IMG/VR virus record: IMGVR_UViG_3300046003_005296
Span: 1-54,097 of that record
Origin: a virus
Lineage: Duplodnaviria; Caudoviricetes
Strand: one strand, 5' to 3'
DNA: 54,097 nt
A program made the translations under genes and the position numbers. Positions 1 through 9,914 of the stretch are shown in pieces. The notes under the pieces are model-generated. The model saw nothing but the letters and a program-made list of their open reading frames with translations. It was not told the DNA's origin and did no database searches. Within the stretch, counting starts at the first letter, position 1. Every line of letters starts with the position of its first letter.

Positions 1-40
1 GAGAATTAAACGAGAATTACAAGACATTTACGAAAAATAA
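1..40 (+). CDS. 3' end of an upstream CDS (partial)
   Basis: Frame 2 reads RIKRELQDIYEK* and ends TAA at 38-40, 3 nt before the polymerase ATG. Confidence 0.5.
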   Translation, partial: RIKRELQDIYEK

Positions 41-43
41 TAT

Positions 44-2560
44 ATGTATCAAGCAATCGGTTACGATAAGAAAAATAATATAATGCACGTATGGGATGAT
101 GAATTAGGTCATCAAAAATTTCCATTTCAGCCATATGCATATTTACCAGATGCTCAAGGTGAGTGTCGATCATTAGATGGAGCCGTATTAACACGAGTTA
201 CAGGCAATCATAAAGATAACCGAAATGCATATGAATCAGATCTCAATGAAGAATTACGAACATTGATTGATTTATATTATGAATCTGATACTCCATCTAA
301 GGGTCAACGAGATTTCTTTTTTGATATTGAGTCTGAACGTGATGAAAACGGATATTCTACTCCAGAAGAAGCTCGCTTAAGAATTACATCTATTGCATAT
401 TATGATAAAGCAGGACGAGATCGCAGAGTATTGTTACTCGATGAAGAAAACCGAATTAACACCCCAGCTTTCAAAACCGAAAATTATAAAGTAGAAATAT
501 TTCGCACTGAAGCAGATATGTTGACACGATTTATCAATATTTTTGCTGCAGTACAACCTACAGTTATCACAGGATGGAATACAGACAATTATGATATTCC
601 ATATTTAGTAAATCGCATCAAACGAGTATTAGGTGCACAAGCAGTTAAAAAATTATCTCCTGCAGGCATCGTTGAATGGAATAAGAATCGCGAACGATAT
701 AAAATCTTTGGCGTATCTAGTTTAGATTATTTGACACTTTATAAAAAGTTTACATATACAGAATTACCAAATTACCGATTAGACACTGTTTCTAAATTTG
801 AATTAGGTCGAGGTAAGGTAGAATATGATGGCGATTTAAATCAACTCTTTGCAACAGATATTCACAAATTTGTTGAATATAACATGGTCGACGTTAATCT
901 GGTTTATGAATTAGATGAAAAGACACAATTATTAAATCTTGCTCGTACCATATGTCATAAAGGACATGTCCCATATGAAGATGTTTATTATGCATCTAAA
1001 TACTTAGATGGTGCTGCAATTGTAGATTTAAAACGTAATGGATTAGTTGCACCTAACAAACAATTTAGATTCATTGAAGAAGAAACAGAAGCAGAAGCAC
1101 TTGCAGGTGCATATGTAAAGGATCCAGTACCTGGATTATATAAATGGATATATGACTTGGACTTAACTTCACTTTATCCAAGTATCATCATGAGTTTAAA
1201 TATTTCTCCAGAAACTAAAGTTGGAGTAATTTCAAAATGGGATCAAGAATGTCTTCTAAAGAAAGAACCGCAACAAATAACTTTGCATGATGGAACTTAC
1301 ATTCAAGATGTTAAACAATGGTTGCTTGATAATGAATATACTGTTGCATCAAATGGCGCAGTTTATCAAACAAAGAATAGAGGATTCCTTCCGACTATTC
1401 TAGAAAAATGGTTTGATGAACGTGTTGAATATAAAGACAAACGAGATGAATATGAAGTAGGTTCTGAAGAATATAAATTTTATGATGCATTGCAATTAAC
1501 ACAAAAAGTATTGCTTAATTCATTTTATGGTGTATTGGGACTAAAAACATTCCGATTCCATGATTTAGATAATGCAGGTGCAATTACAGCGGTAGGTCAA
1601 AGCATTATTAAATTTTCAGCAAAAGTTATCAATAATCATTATACAAAAGAAATAGGTCAAGACTATTTTATTAATGCAACTAAAGGTAAAGCAGAATTTG
1701 CATTTTATACTGATACAGATTCAACCTTTGTATCTAGTTTACCACTTATTCAAAAGCGTTTTCCAAATTTTGATGAATCAGATGAGCAATTCATGATTGA
1801 TCAAACTAATGCAATTGCGTCTGAAGTACAAAAGTTAGTAAATACTATGTATGATAGGTATTCTGTAGTATTTCATAACACAGAAACACATCGTTTTAAA
1901 ATTAAACAAGAATATGTTGCAAAATCTGGTTTATGGATTGCAAAAAAACGATATGCACAATGGGTTATTTTTAAGGAAGGCAAACCTACGGATAAATTGG
2001 ATATCAAAGGATTAGATGTAGTTCGTTCTTCATTCCCAACTGATTTTAAAATGGTCATGAAGGAAACTTTATGGCATCTACTTAAAGAAAAAGATAAGAC
2101 TACAACTACTGATATGATTCATAACTTTAAACAAGGATTAAAAAAATCACCTGTGTTAAATGTAATGAAGAATTCTGGTGTGAAAGAAATATCAAAATAT
2201 ACAAAGAAGCGTAAACCTTTCACAGGTTATATATCAGGCACTCCGGCTCATGTTAAATCTGCAATCAATTTTAATGATTTGCTAAGTATGCATAATATAC
2301 GAGATATTGATCCAATTACTGATGGCGAAAAGGTTAAATGGGCATATGTATCAGATAATCCATATGGTTTTGAAACAATTGCACTTCGAGGTTATCAAGA
2401 TCCAAAAGTTATTGAAGAATTTGTTGAACAATATATTGATCGAAATAAAATTTTTGATAAAGAATTAAAAAACAAATTAGATGACTTTTATGCTGCAATG
2501 AATTGGGGAGCATTTCCCGAAAATAATAATGTAGCTAAATTCTTTTCATTTGGAAAATAA
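44..2560 (+). CDS. Family B DNA polymerase (T4 gp43-like)
   Basis: ExoI FFDIES, ExoII GWNTDNYDIPY, motif A DLTSLYPSII, motif B KVLLNSFYG, motif C YTDTDS, KKRYA; 838 aa, no intein. Confidence 0.97.
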   Translation: MYQAIGYDKKNNIMHVWDDELGHQKFPFQPYAYLPDAQGECRSLDGAVLTRVTGNHKDNRNAYESDLNEELRTLIDLYYESDTPSKGQRDFFFDIESERDENGYSTPEEARLRITSIAYYDKAGRDRRVLLLDEENRINTPAFKTENYKVEIFRTEADMLTRFINIFAAVQPTVITGWNTDNYDIPYLVNRIKRVLGAQAVKKLSPAGIVEWNKNRERYKIFGVSSLDYLTLYKKFTYTELPNYRLDTVSKFELGRGKVEYDGDLNQLFATDIHKFVEYNMVDVNLVYELDEKTQLLNLARTICHKGHVPYEDVYYASKYLDGAAIVDLKRNGLVAPNKQFRFIEEETEAEALAGAYVKDPVPGLYKWIYDLDLTSLYPSIIMSLNISPETKVGVISKWDQECLLKKEPQQITLHDGTYIQDVKQWLLDNEYTVASNGAVYQTKNRGFLPTILEKWFDERVEYKDKRDEYEVGSEEYKFYDALQLTQKVLLNSFYGVLGLKTFRFHDLDNAGAITAVGQSIIKFSAKVINNHYTKEIGQDYFINATKGKAEFAFYTDTDSTFVSSLPLIQKRFPNFDESDEQFMIDQTNAIASEVQKLVNTMYDRYSVVFHNTETHRFKIKQEYVAKSGLWIAKKRYAQWVIFKEGKPTDKLDIKGLDVVRSSFPTDFKMVMKETLWHLLKEKDKTTTTDMIHNFKQGLKKSPVLNVMKNSGVKEISKYTKKRKPFTGYISGTPAHVKSAINFNDLLSMHNIRDIDPITDGEKVKWAYVSDNPYGFETIALRGYQDPKVIEEFVEQYIDRNKIFDKELKNKLDDFYAAMNWGAFPENNNVAKFFSFGK

Positions 2561-2578
2561 AAATAAATTCATTATAAT
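2550..2578 (+). promoter_or_regulatory. Class I promoter TTGGAA-N17-TATAAT
   Basis: -35 at 2550-2555, -10 at 2573-2578, ATG at 2584; the same geometry recurs about 10 times in the window. Confidence 0.7.
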
Positions 2579-2583
2579 ATAGT

Positions 2584-3033
2584 ATGATTGGTTATAAAAG
2601 CGTATGGTTCGGCAAAGAAGTAGAAGGTCGATTTACCGATGTAGAAACAATGTTTGTTTCTGATTTTAATACATTGCTATTAGGTCATGAACATTGGAAA
2701 CCTGTATCTCATGTTTATATTTGTTCTCCTGCAACTCGTCAATTAATTGATGGCAATTTAAAAGGATTTAATTGGGATAATGTATTCAATATGATGACAG
2801 ACAAACAATTTGTTTCAATTGAAGTTGAACCTGGTATGTTAGAAAAGATACCACCGATGATTAGAATTCGAGCACATATTCTTTTGATGCTAAATGAAAA
2901 GGATGCTGGATTGTTAAAGAAAACAGATAGCATTAAAGTTGTATATAATGATTATTCGTTATATTGTACAACAGTTCACAATATGCAACAAGTATTGCCA
3001 GATGATTATAAATTTGATAGATTCCAACAATGA
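2584..3033 (+). CDS. Hypothetical protein, first gene of the TGT/DpdA-like cassette
   Basis: 149 aa ORF with its own promoter; ATGA overlap with the next gene. Confidence 0.75.
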   Translation: MIGYKSVWFGKEVEGRFTDVETMFVSDFNTLLLGHEHWKPVSHVYICSPATRQLIDGNLKGFNWDNVFNMMTDKQFVSIEVEPGMLEKIPPMIRIRAHILLMLNEKDAGLLKKTDSIKVVYNDYSLYCTTVHNMQQVLPDDYKFDRFQQ

Positions 3034-3476
3034 TTCAAGGACTTATAGCAGGAAGTTTCGATGTAATCCATCCGGGATACATTGCAATGTTTAATGAAAT
3101 GTATGATGAGTGTGATGAAGTAGTAGTATTTTTACATACCGATCCGACAATAGAACGTCCTGAAAAATGTAAACCAATATTGAGTGTAGAAGAACGCATG
3201 GATATCTTAGGATCATTACATCAAATTGATTGTATACTAACATATACTCTAGAAAAAGAATTATACACTCATCTTAAGAATTTTGAAATAACTCATTTGT
3301 ATGAAAATAATGATACAAAGATTGTTAGATATCTAGGAGATGATTATATCGACAAATCATTTACAGGAGATGATTTATCATTTCCAATTCGTTATTTGAG
3401 TAGAGACCATGGTTGGTCAACCACTAAATTTAAAAAGTTAATAGCAGATGAAGTACAGCGTAGTAGTAACATTTAG
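3030..3476 (+). CDS. Cytidylyltransferase-like nucleotidyltransferase (TagD/RfaE-II family)
   Basis: GSFDVIHPGY (HxGH-like), LGDDY and C-terminal RDHGWSTT motifs. Confidence 0.85.
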   Translation: MIQGLIAGSFDVIHPGYIAMFNEMYDECDEVVVFLHTDPTIERPEKCKPILSVEERMDILGSLHQIDCILTYTLEKELYTHLKNFEITHLYENNDTKIVRYLGDDYIDKSFTGDDLSFPIRYLSRDHGWSTTKFKKLIADEVQRSSNI

Positions 3477-3798
3477 TATTGAAGGATTCCATTGTTGGCC
3501 TGCAGCAAAGGATGTCTTCCCGGAAGTATCATTTTTATCGGATAGACATAGACACATGTTTGGATTCCGATGTTATGCAACAGTAACGCATACAGATCGA
3601 GATGAAGAATTTATCCTTTTGAATCGCAAAATACAAAAAGCATTGCGAGTAGCATTTAGCAAAGATGTTACTAATGTATTAGAGTTTGGATCAATGTCTT
3701 GCGAAATGATTGGAGAATGGTTATTAGAAGAATTTTCATCTCTATACAAAGTAGAAGTTTGGGAAGATTGGGAAAATGGTGCAATCATTGAAAGATAA
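3448..3798 (+). CDS. QueD/PTPS-like T-fold protein
   Basis: EGFHCWP, RHRHMF (HxH metal ligands), SCEMIG and C-terminal VEVWEDWENGA resemble the 6-pyruvoyl-tetrahydropterin synthase/QueD fold. Confidence 0.65.
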   Translation: MKYSVVVTFSIEGFHCWPAAKDVFPEVSFLSDRHRHMFGFRCYATVTHTDRDEEFILLNRKIQKALRVAFSKDVTNVLEFGSMSCEMIGEWLLEEFSSLYKVEVWEDWENGAIIER

Positions 3799-3799
3799 T

Positions 3800-4825
3800 A
3801 TGACAGTATTTTTAGTAGATTTAGAATCAATACCGACACGATATACATGTGAATGGAAGACACATGTTCCAAAACTATTACGTGATAATGGATTCGATGT
3901 TCATGTTGTAGAAGGAGACCAGTTTATTCCAGAATCAACGACACCAGGTGCATTTTTAAACTTTGGCGGTACTAACATGTATAAAGCAAAACAAGTTTAT
4001 CATTTGTCATACTTGTTTACTAAAGGACATATTAAAGCAGGAGATCATATTATTTTTACAGATGCATGGCATCCAGGTATCATTAATGTAAAATATATGA
4101 GTGAGCTTTTAAATATTCCCGTTATAACGCACGGACTTTGGCACGCGGGTTCATATGACCCAAATGATTTTTTAGGTCGTCTCGTAGGAGATAAACCATG
4201 GATTAGGCACGCTGAGCAATCAATGATTGCGGCATATGATCACAATTGGATTGCAACGGCAGCACATTTTGATTTAATGCGTAAAACATATGATGTTTAT
4301 TTAAATCCGACATTTAATCGTACGGGTTGGCCAATGGAATACACTCATAACATGATTGCTCCGAAGCTTTGGGCTAAAAAAGAAAATATCATCGTTTTTC
4401 CGCATCGTATTGCTCCAGAAAAGCGTTTAGATTTATTTCAAGACTTAGCATCGCGACCTGAATTAAAACATTATCAATTTTGCGTAGCAATGGAAATGAA
4501 TTTAACTAAAACAGAATATCATGAATTGCTTCAAAGATCTAAATTTGCAGTATCATTTGCAGATCAAGAAACATTAGGTATTTCAATGTATGAATCTGCG
4601 TGTGCTGGCGCATGCCCACTAGTTCCAAATCGATTATCATATACGGAAATGTATGATCCGATGTTTAAACAAGCAGATACAATAGATAATGCAGTTCAAA
4701 CAATATTAAAATATGAACAACGAGATTTATCAGAACCAATTGCACAATTGGTAAATAAATTACACAATAACTTTTTTTCAGCAACAAACTTAATTAATAA
4801 TTTAAAGGAATATAATGAGCGATAA
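3800..4825 (+). CDS. GT-B (GT4-like) glycosyltransferase
   Basis: FPHRIAPEK and ETLGISMYE (ExxGxxxxE) motifs; start refined to ATG 3800. Confidence 0.8.
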   Translation: MTVFLVDLESIPTRYTCEWKTHVPKLLRDNGFDVHVVEGDQFIPESTTPGAFLNFGGTNMYKAKQVYHLSYLFTKGHIKAGDHIIFTDAWHPGIINVKYMSELLNIPVITHGLWHAGSYDPNDFLGRLVGDKPWIRHAEQSMIAAYDHNWIATAAHFDLMRKTYDVYLNPTFNRTGWPMEYTHNMIAPKLWAKKENIIVFPHRIAPEKRLDLFQDLASRPELKHYQFCVAMEMNLTKTEYHELLQRSKFAVSFADQETLGISMYESACAGACPLVPNRLSYTEMYDPMFKQADTIDNAVQTILKYEQRDLSEPIAQLVNKLHNNFFSATNLINNLKEYNER

Positions 4826-6074
4826 TAAAAGATTCATATACTTTCCATCTTTATCTGCAGGTTCTATGGTATCTGCATTTAAGAAAGATATGAAGTTTAC
4901 AAGCGGCGATCCTGTCAAGTTCTTTGATTCTCGATATCCAGAAAAATGGCGTCACCCATACTTCTTGATTACAGCGGGGCATCATTACAAAAAAATGGAT
5001 TTCCGCGATCAATTAGGATTAGAAAAAGATGTTTTAGTATTTGGTGACTCGGGAGGTTATCAGATTGCAACCGGTGCATTACCATATAGCAATGAATTGC
5101 GTGAAAAGATTTTTCATTGGTTAGAAGCAAATAGTGATGTTGCTGCAAACTTAGATATCCCACCTAAGACAAAATATAAAAATAAATTTGTTGAGTGTGC
5201 TGACATTAGTTATGATAACTTTGCTTATTTTGAAAAACATCAAAGTGGCAAGACTAAATTTCTTAACATGTTGCAAGGATCTAACACAGATGAGTATACT
5301 TGGTGGTATCATAAATTTAAGCATTTTGATTTTCAAGGATGGGCAATTGGAGGTCCGCAGAAATTAGTTGATTTCATGTTTGCGGTATCTTTGATGCTTA
5401 AAGAGCGTGAATTTGAAAATGAACGATTAGAATATGTTCACTTACTTGGTATTAGTAAAATATCTGATTTTTTCATTTTAGCAACATTGCAAAAATTGAT
5501 GAATAAATTGACTAACAACAGAATCTATATCACAACAGATTCTAGTTCACCAGGTCAATATCCAGTATTTGGAACATATCTTCATTCTACAAATTATAAA
5601 TCACAAACATTCTCGGAATTATATTTTCCAAAGAATGCAGAATATCGTCGACAAGCACATATTCGTCAAGGTAAAACGGGCGAGGTTGCAATTGATTTAT
5701 CACAACATGTTCCTTGTTCATTAGGATGTCCTGCGTGTGAAGATTTCACTTATGATTTATTAGGTGGTAAAACAGATGCAGGTTTAGATCGTTATTCGCA
5801 AGAAGCTATGCCAAGAATGGTTGTACATAATACGCATTTATATGTACAGGCTGCAAATGAAATCAATCAATTGGTTGATAGTCATGTTGAATTATTAGAA
5901 ACAATGATTCCGAAAGATTTATATGATGTAATTCTTTCTTTGCATGAAATGTTTGCAGACCCAGACAATGCACCACAAGTATACGAAAAATATATCAAAA
6001 CATATAAAAAATTCGGTGGAAGTAGTATATCCACAACGGATGCAGAACAATTTAATAAATTCTTTACTTTTTAA
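4815..6074 (+). CDS. tRNA-guanine transglycosylase-like / DpdA-like base-exchange enzyme
   Basis: Catalytic-type GDSGGYQ, NLDIPP, LQG, AIGG, HLLG, DSSS and a Zn site CSLGCPAC...VVHN as in TGT. Confidence 0.8.
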   Translation: MSDNKRFIYFPSLSAGSMVSAFKKDMKFTSGDPVKFFDSRYPEKWRHPYFLITAGHHYKKMDFRDQLGLEKDVLVFGDSGGYQIATGALPYSNELREKIFHWLEANSDVAANLDIPPKTKYKNKFVECADISYDNFAYFEKHQSGKTKFLNMLQGSNTDEYTWWYHKFKHFDFQGWAIGGPQKLVDFMFAVSLMLKEREFENERLEYVHLLGISKISDFFILATLQKLMNKLTNNRIYITTDSSSPGQYPVFGTYLHSTNYKSQTFSELYFPKNAEYRRQAHIRQGKTGEVAIDLSQHVPCSLGCPACEDFTYDLLGGKTDAGLDRYSQEAMPRMVVHNTHLYVQAANEINQLVDSHVELLETMIPKDLYDVILSLHEMFADPDNAPQVYEKYIKTYKKFGGSSISTTDAEQFNKFFTF

Positions 6075-6086
6075 TTGGAATAAAAA

Positions 6087-6797
6087 ATGGAAAAAAGCAA
6101 GTTACAATCGTTTATCAATCGTTATTATTTAGCAGGAAACTGCGAAGCGGTTACGTTGAAAGAACAAGATGGCGCAATTGGTTGTGAACTAATTGATATG
6201 GATCAAACCATCGTAGGAAAAATTAAATGGAATACCGCACCATTTATGAAAGGTATGTTAGGTATCAATCATACCGGAGCATTAATTAAGATGCTAGGAG
6301 CTGTAAATGAAAATATCACAATTGATGTTAAAGAAGCAGCAGGTAAGAATTATGCAATGAAAATTTCAGAAGGTTCAACTCAAGCAACTTTCATGTTGGC
6401 AGACACGACAGTTATTCCGGCGGTGCCTTCAATCAATGCAGAACCTGATTATGAAGTTACAATTCCGGTAAATGAAGAATTTATTAGTAAATTCATCAAA
6501 GCAAAAAATGCATTACCAGATGCAAAGAATTTTGCGGTGCAAGTTGTAGGCGGCAATATTAAATTTATTATCAATTACTCAACCGTAAATGCAGATAATA
6601 TCTCTTTTGAAGTAGGAACTACAAATTCCGGTGATATGGATCCGGTTTGTTTCTCAGCAGATAAATTAAAAGAAGTATTAGTATCAAATCGCGGAGATTC
6701 CGGAGAATTAAAAGTATCTCCAGATGGCTTAGCTCGTATTGAATTTACTGGTGCTGACTTTGAATCAACTTATTGGTTAGTAATGCTACAAAACTAA
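6087..6797 (+). CDS. Sliding clamp (gp45/PCNA-like)
   Basis: 236 aa two-domain alpha/beta pattern, C-terminal ESTYWLV, located upstream of clamp loader genes. Confidence 0.75.
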   Translation: MEKSKLQSFINRYYLAGNCEAVTLKEQDGAIGCELIDMDQTIVGKIKWNTAPFMKGMLGINHTGALIKMLGAVNENITIDVKEAAGKNYAMKISEGSTQATFMLADTTVIPAVPSINAEPDYEVTIPVNEEFISKFIKAKNALPDAKNFAVQVVGGNIKFIINYSTVNADNISFEVGTTNSGDMDPVCFSADKLKEVLVSNRGDSGELKVSPDGLARIEFTGADFESTYWLVMLQN

Positions 6798-6798
6798 G

Positions 6799-7227
6799 AT
6801 GGTAGTAAAAATAGTAAATAATTCAGACAATGCACTCCCACAATATGAAACTAATGGGAGTGCTGGTCTAGATATTAAAAGTGCAGAAAATGGACTTTTA
6901 AAACCAGGTCAGTTTAAATTGATAACAACTGGTTTGCGAGTTGAAATTCCATATGGTTATGAAATACAAGTAAGACCTCGAAGCGGGTTAGCTAAGAATT
7001 ATGGTATTACTGTATTAAATAGCCCAGGCACCATTGATGCAGATTACCGAGGCGAAATTGGCGTTATTTTAATCAATCATGGTCAATATGACTTTGAAAT
7101 TAAATCAGGTGATAGAATTGCACAATTAGTAATAGCTCCGGTGGAACGAATCCAATGGCAAGCAGTAGGTTCATTAGATTCTAGCACAAAACGAGGAGAA
7201 AAAGGTTTCGGATCAACAGGTAAATAA
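6799..7227 (+). CDS. dut: Trimeric dUTPase
   Basis: AGLDI, RPRSGLA, GTIDADYRGE, RIAQLV, RGEKGFGSTG. Confidence 0.97.
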   Translation: MVVKIVNNSDNALPQYETNGSAGLDIKSAENGLLKPGQFKLITTGLRVEIPYGYEIQVRPRSGLAKNYGITVLNSPGTIDADYRGEIGVILINHGQYDFEIKSGDRIAQLVIAPVERIQWQAVGSLDSSTKRGEKGFGSTGK

Positions 7228-7234
7228 ATAAATT

Positions 7235-8161
7235 ATGTTTGGACAACAAGAAAATACACTTTGGGTTGAGTCCTTCCGCCCGGATACATTGGAAGGGTAT
7301 ATTGGCAATGAACACATCATTGAAAAAGTTAAAATTTTTATCGAAAATGGTGATGTGCCGCACTTATTATTTTATGGGTCAGCAGGAACTGGTAAGACTA
7401 CATTGGCCAAGATTATTGCAAATAGCGTCGATGCTGATTTAATGTATATCAATGCATCAGATGAAAACTCAGTAGACGCAGTTCGTGATAAAATTAAGCG
7501 TTATGCATCAACAGTAGGATTTCGTAGATGGAAAATCATTATTTTAGATGAGGCAGATTATCTTACACCTAATGCTCAAGCAGCATTACGTAATTTAATG
7601 GAAACTTATAGCAAAACAACACGTTTTATTTTAACATGTAACTATGTTGAAAAGATCATTGATCCAATTCAATCGCGTTGTCAGACATTTGCAATTACAC
7701 CTCCAGGTAAACCAGATGTAGCAAAACGATTGGTTGCCGTTTTAAATGAAAAAGGTGTTGAATATGATATTAAAGATGTTGCTGCAATTATCAATGCATC
7801 ATATCCAGATATTCGTCGAGCACTTAATGCAGCACAAGCATCAGTTGTTAATGGAAAATTGCAATTAGATAAAGCAAGCGCTATTCAAGCAAATTATATG
7901 ACTGAAATTTTGGAAGTATTAAAAAATGCTAAAGACAAAAAAGCATCTTTCAATAAGATCCGTCAAATTATTGCAGATAGTAAAGTAAAAGATTTCACAC
8001 CATTATATACATTTCTTTATGACAGTTTGGATGAGTTTGCAACAGGTCATGTTGCACCATGCATTTTAATTATTGCAGAATCGCAATTCAAAGATGCATC
8101 GGTTGTAGATAAAGAAATTAATATTATGGCAATGTTTGTTAATTTATTAGGAGAACTATGA
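7235..8161 (+). CDS. Clamp loader AAA+ subunit (gp44/RFC-like)
   Basis: LWVESFRP, Walker A GSAGTGKT, INASDE, Walker B ILDEAD, SRC motif. Confidence 0.95.
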   Translation: MFGQQENTLWVESFRPDTLEGYIGNEHIIEKVKIFIENGDVPHLLFYGSAGTGKTTLAKIIANSVDADLMYINASDENSVDAVRDKIKRYASTVGFRRWKIIILDEADYLTPNAQAALRNLMETYSKTTRFILTCNYVEKIIDPIQSRCQTFAITPPGKPDVAKRLVAVLNEKGVEYDIKDVAAIINASYPDIRRALNAAQASVVNGKLQLDKASAIQANYMTEILEVLKNAKDKKASFNKIRQIIADSKVKDFTPLYTFLYDSLDEFATGHVAPCILIIAESQFKDASVVDKEINIMAMFVNLLGEL

Positions 8162-8376
8162 GTAAAATGAATGTTAATATTGGACCTAATGATATGCAAC
8201 CAATTCAATGCAAAGAATGCGATGGTATGTATTTTCGTCAAGTAATGGCAATCAATAAAGTGTCAAAATTCTTAACTGGAGCTGATAAAGACACAATGGT
8301 ACCAATTCCGGTATTTCGTTGTGATGATTGTGGCTGTATTCCAGAAGAATTTCAACCAATCAAAGTAAAAAAATAA
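8158..8376 (+). CDS. Small zinc-ribbon protein
   Basis: CKEC and CDDC pairs in 72 aa. Confidence 0.7.
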   Translation: MSKMNVNIGPNDMQPIQCKECDGMYFRQVMAINKVSKFLTGADKDTMVPIPVFRCDDCGCIPEEFQPIKVKK

Positions 8377-8591
8377 TGTCGATATCATATCATAAAGATT
8401 TAGTTACCATTGTGTTTAAAACTTCTAATAGAAGTAATGCAAACACAAAAATGAAATCATATCGAAATAAATCTATAGATGATATTTTAGATGCAAAGAA
8501 ACTAGTAGGAATACCAGATAAGGCAGTTATATTAGAAATAGGAATGGGTGAACATTTAGAACAACAATATCGTAAAAAATACAATTTATAA
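8376..8591 (+). CDS. Hypothetical protein
   Basis: Start refined to ATG 8376 (TAATG coupling at both ends). Confidence 0.65.
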   Translation: MSISYHKDLVTIVFKTSNRSNANTKMKSYRNKSIDDILDAKKLVGIPDKAVILEIGMGEHLEQQYRKKYNL

Positions 8592-9043
8592 TGGCAGAAG
8601 AAAAGAAAAAAGCAGCTACAATGTTTGATTTTATTGATGGGGTGACTCATAAAAAGAAAGAATGGTCAAAATGGTCCGATGTAGATCAAAAAGCATTCAG
8701 CCCTTATATGATGAATCGATTCTTATCAATGCGAATGGAATTAACAGAATTAATCAACGAATTCCAAACATATACAATTGGATTACTTCGTCCGCAAGAG
8801 ACATATAAATTGTATCATGAATTACTGCCAAATAACAAAACATTTGCAAAATACATAAAAGGCAAATCAGAAGATAAGTTTGACAAAGAATTGGTTGCAC
8901 AAATGGCTGAACATTATCAAGTAAGCAAATCAGAAGCTTCTGATTATGTTGAATTAATGGATAAAACAAGTTGTGAGCGAATTTTAACAATGTACGGATA
9001 TAGCGAAGGCGATAAAAAGAAAATGTTGAAAGGAATCAAATGA
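8591..9043 (+). CDS. Clamp loader small subunit (gp62-like)
   Basis: MFDFI...KK and FSPYMMNRFLS pattern; position after the gp44-like gene. Confidence 0.7.
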   Translation: MAEEKKKAATMFDFIDGVTHKKKEWSKWSDVDQKAFSPYMMNRFLSMRMELTELINEFQTYTIGLLRPQETYKLYHELLPNNKTFAKYIKGKSEDKFDKELVAQMAEHYQVSKSEASDYVELMDKTSCERILTMYGYSEGDKKKMLKGIK

Positions 9044-9243
9044 GTATTAATACGCAAACACACTACAAAGGCAAGGATAGCCTTTATAAATTTGCAGAAG
9101 AGTGGGGTTTGAATACCTACGAATTTGATATCATTAAACGCATTGTAAGATGCCGGCATAAAGGTTCCTTTGAACAAGATTTAACTAAGACAAAGGATCT
9201 TATTGACATTTATTTGAAAGAACAATTGGATTCTAACAAATAA
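9040..9243 (+). CDS. DUF3310-like small protein
   Basis: THYKG...IIKRIVRCRHKG..EQDLTK pattern. Confidence 0.6.
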   Translation: MSINTQTHYKGKDSLYKFAEEWGLNTYEFDIIKRIVRCRHKGSFEQDLTKTKDLIDIYLKEQLDSNK

Positions 9244-9254
9244 TTCGATATAAT
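9226..9254 (+). promoter_or_regulatory. Class I promoter TTGGAT-N17-TATAAT
   Basis: 9226-9231 and 9249-9254, ATG at 9263. Confidence 0.7.
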
Positions 9255-9262
9255 ATAGAAAA

Positions 9263-9835
9263 ATGGCAAATCACGTTTATAGTTATTTTGAAATTACATT
9301 CAAATCAGAAGAAGATTGTAATAATTTTGCAGAATGGATTGGATTAGATCCGAAAGATGAAAATATTGCATGGATGGCTCGAATTGAAGCTTGTTGCAAT
9401 ATCATGATGGATAATTTATATCCTGATAACGAAGATACAAGACAATGGTGGCTTGATAATGTTGGCGCCAAATGGATGTATTTTGATGATGTTGATCGAT
9501 CAACAGATTCAAGCATAATTATTAACATGACATCTGCGTGGGACTTCCCCGAAGCATTATTTTACAAATTAAGTGATTTCCTTCGCAATCGATATGAAGA
9601 TGTTGCCATGACTGTCACTTTTGATGACGAAGGTTACAATTTTATCGGCGCAGCAGCATCAAATCAAAAATTCCGAGATATTGATTATTTTCATCCAGAC
9701 TTTGATGAATTAGATGAATATAAAGATGACGAAGATTGTTGGACAGAAGAATTCTATGAAGAAATGTCTAATATAAAAGATGAATTGTTACAAGATGTTT
9801 TAGCATTCATTCAACAAGATTTAGAAAAAGAATAA
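9263..9835 (+). CDS. Acidic protein with a YubB/DUF1281-like ferredoxin-like domain
   Basis: MANHV start, WWLDNVGAKW and TSAWDFP motifs. Confidence 0.55.
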   Translation: MANHVYSYFEITFKSEEDCNNFAEWIGLDPKDENIAWMARIEACCNIMMDNLYPDNEDTRQWWLDNVGAKWMYFDDVDRSTDSSIIINMTSAWDFPEALFYKLSDFLRNRYEDVAMTVTFDDEGYNFIGAAASNQKFRDIDYFHPDFDELDEYKDDEDCWTEEFYEEMSNIKDELLQDVLAFIQQDLEKE

Positions 9836-9852
9836 CAAGTTATACAACAAGG

Positions 9853-9881
9853 AAGCTCGGCAGAAATGTCGAGCTTTTTTT
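9853..9881 (+). terminator. Rho-independent terminator
   Basis: Stem AGCTCGGCA / TGTCGAGCT with GAAA loop, followed by a T run. Confidence 0.9.
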
Positions 9882-9914
9882 GTGTTTTTGAATTATTTTT
9901 CTTATATTAATAGT

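Noticed and set aside
44-2560. Intein or intron in the DNA polymerase (also considered for thyA)
   Set aside because: The ORFs are continuous, of normal length and lack splicing motifs; the thyA insertions are short in-frame loops
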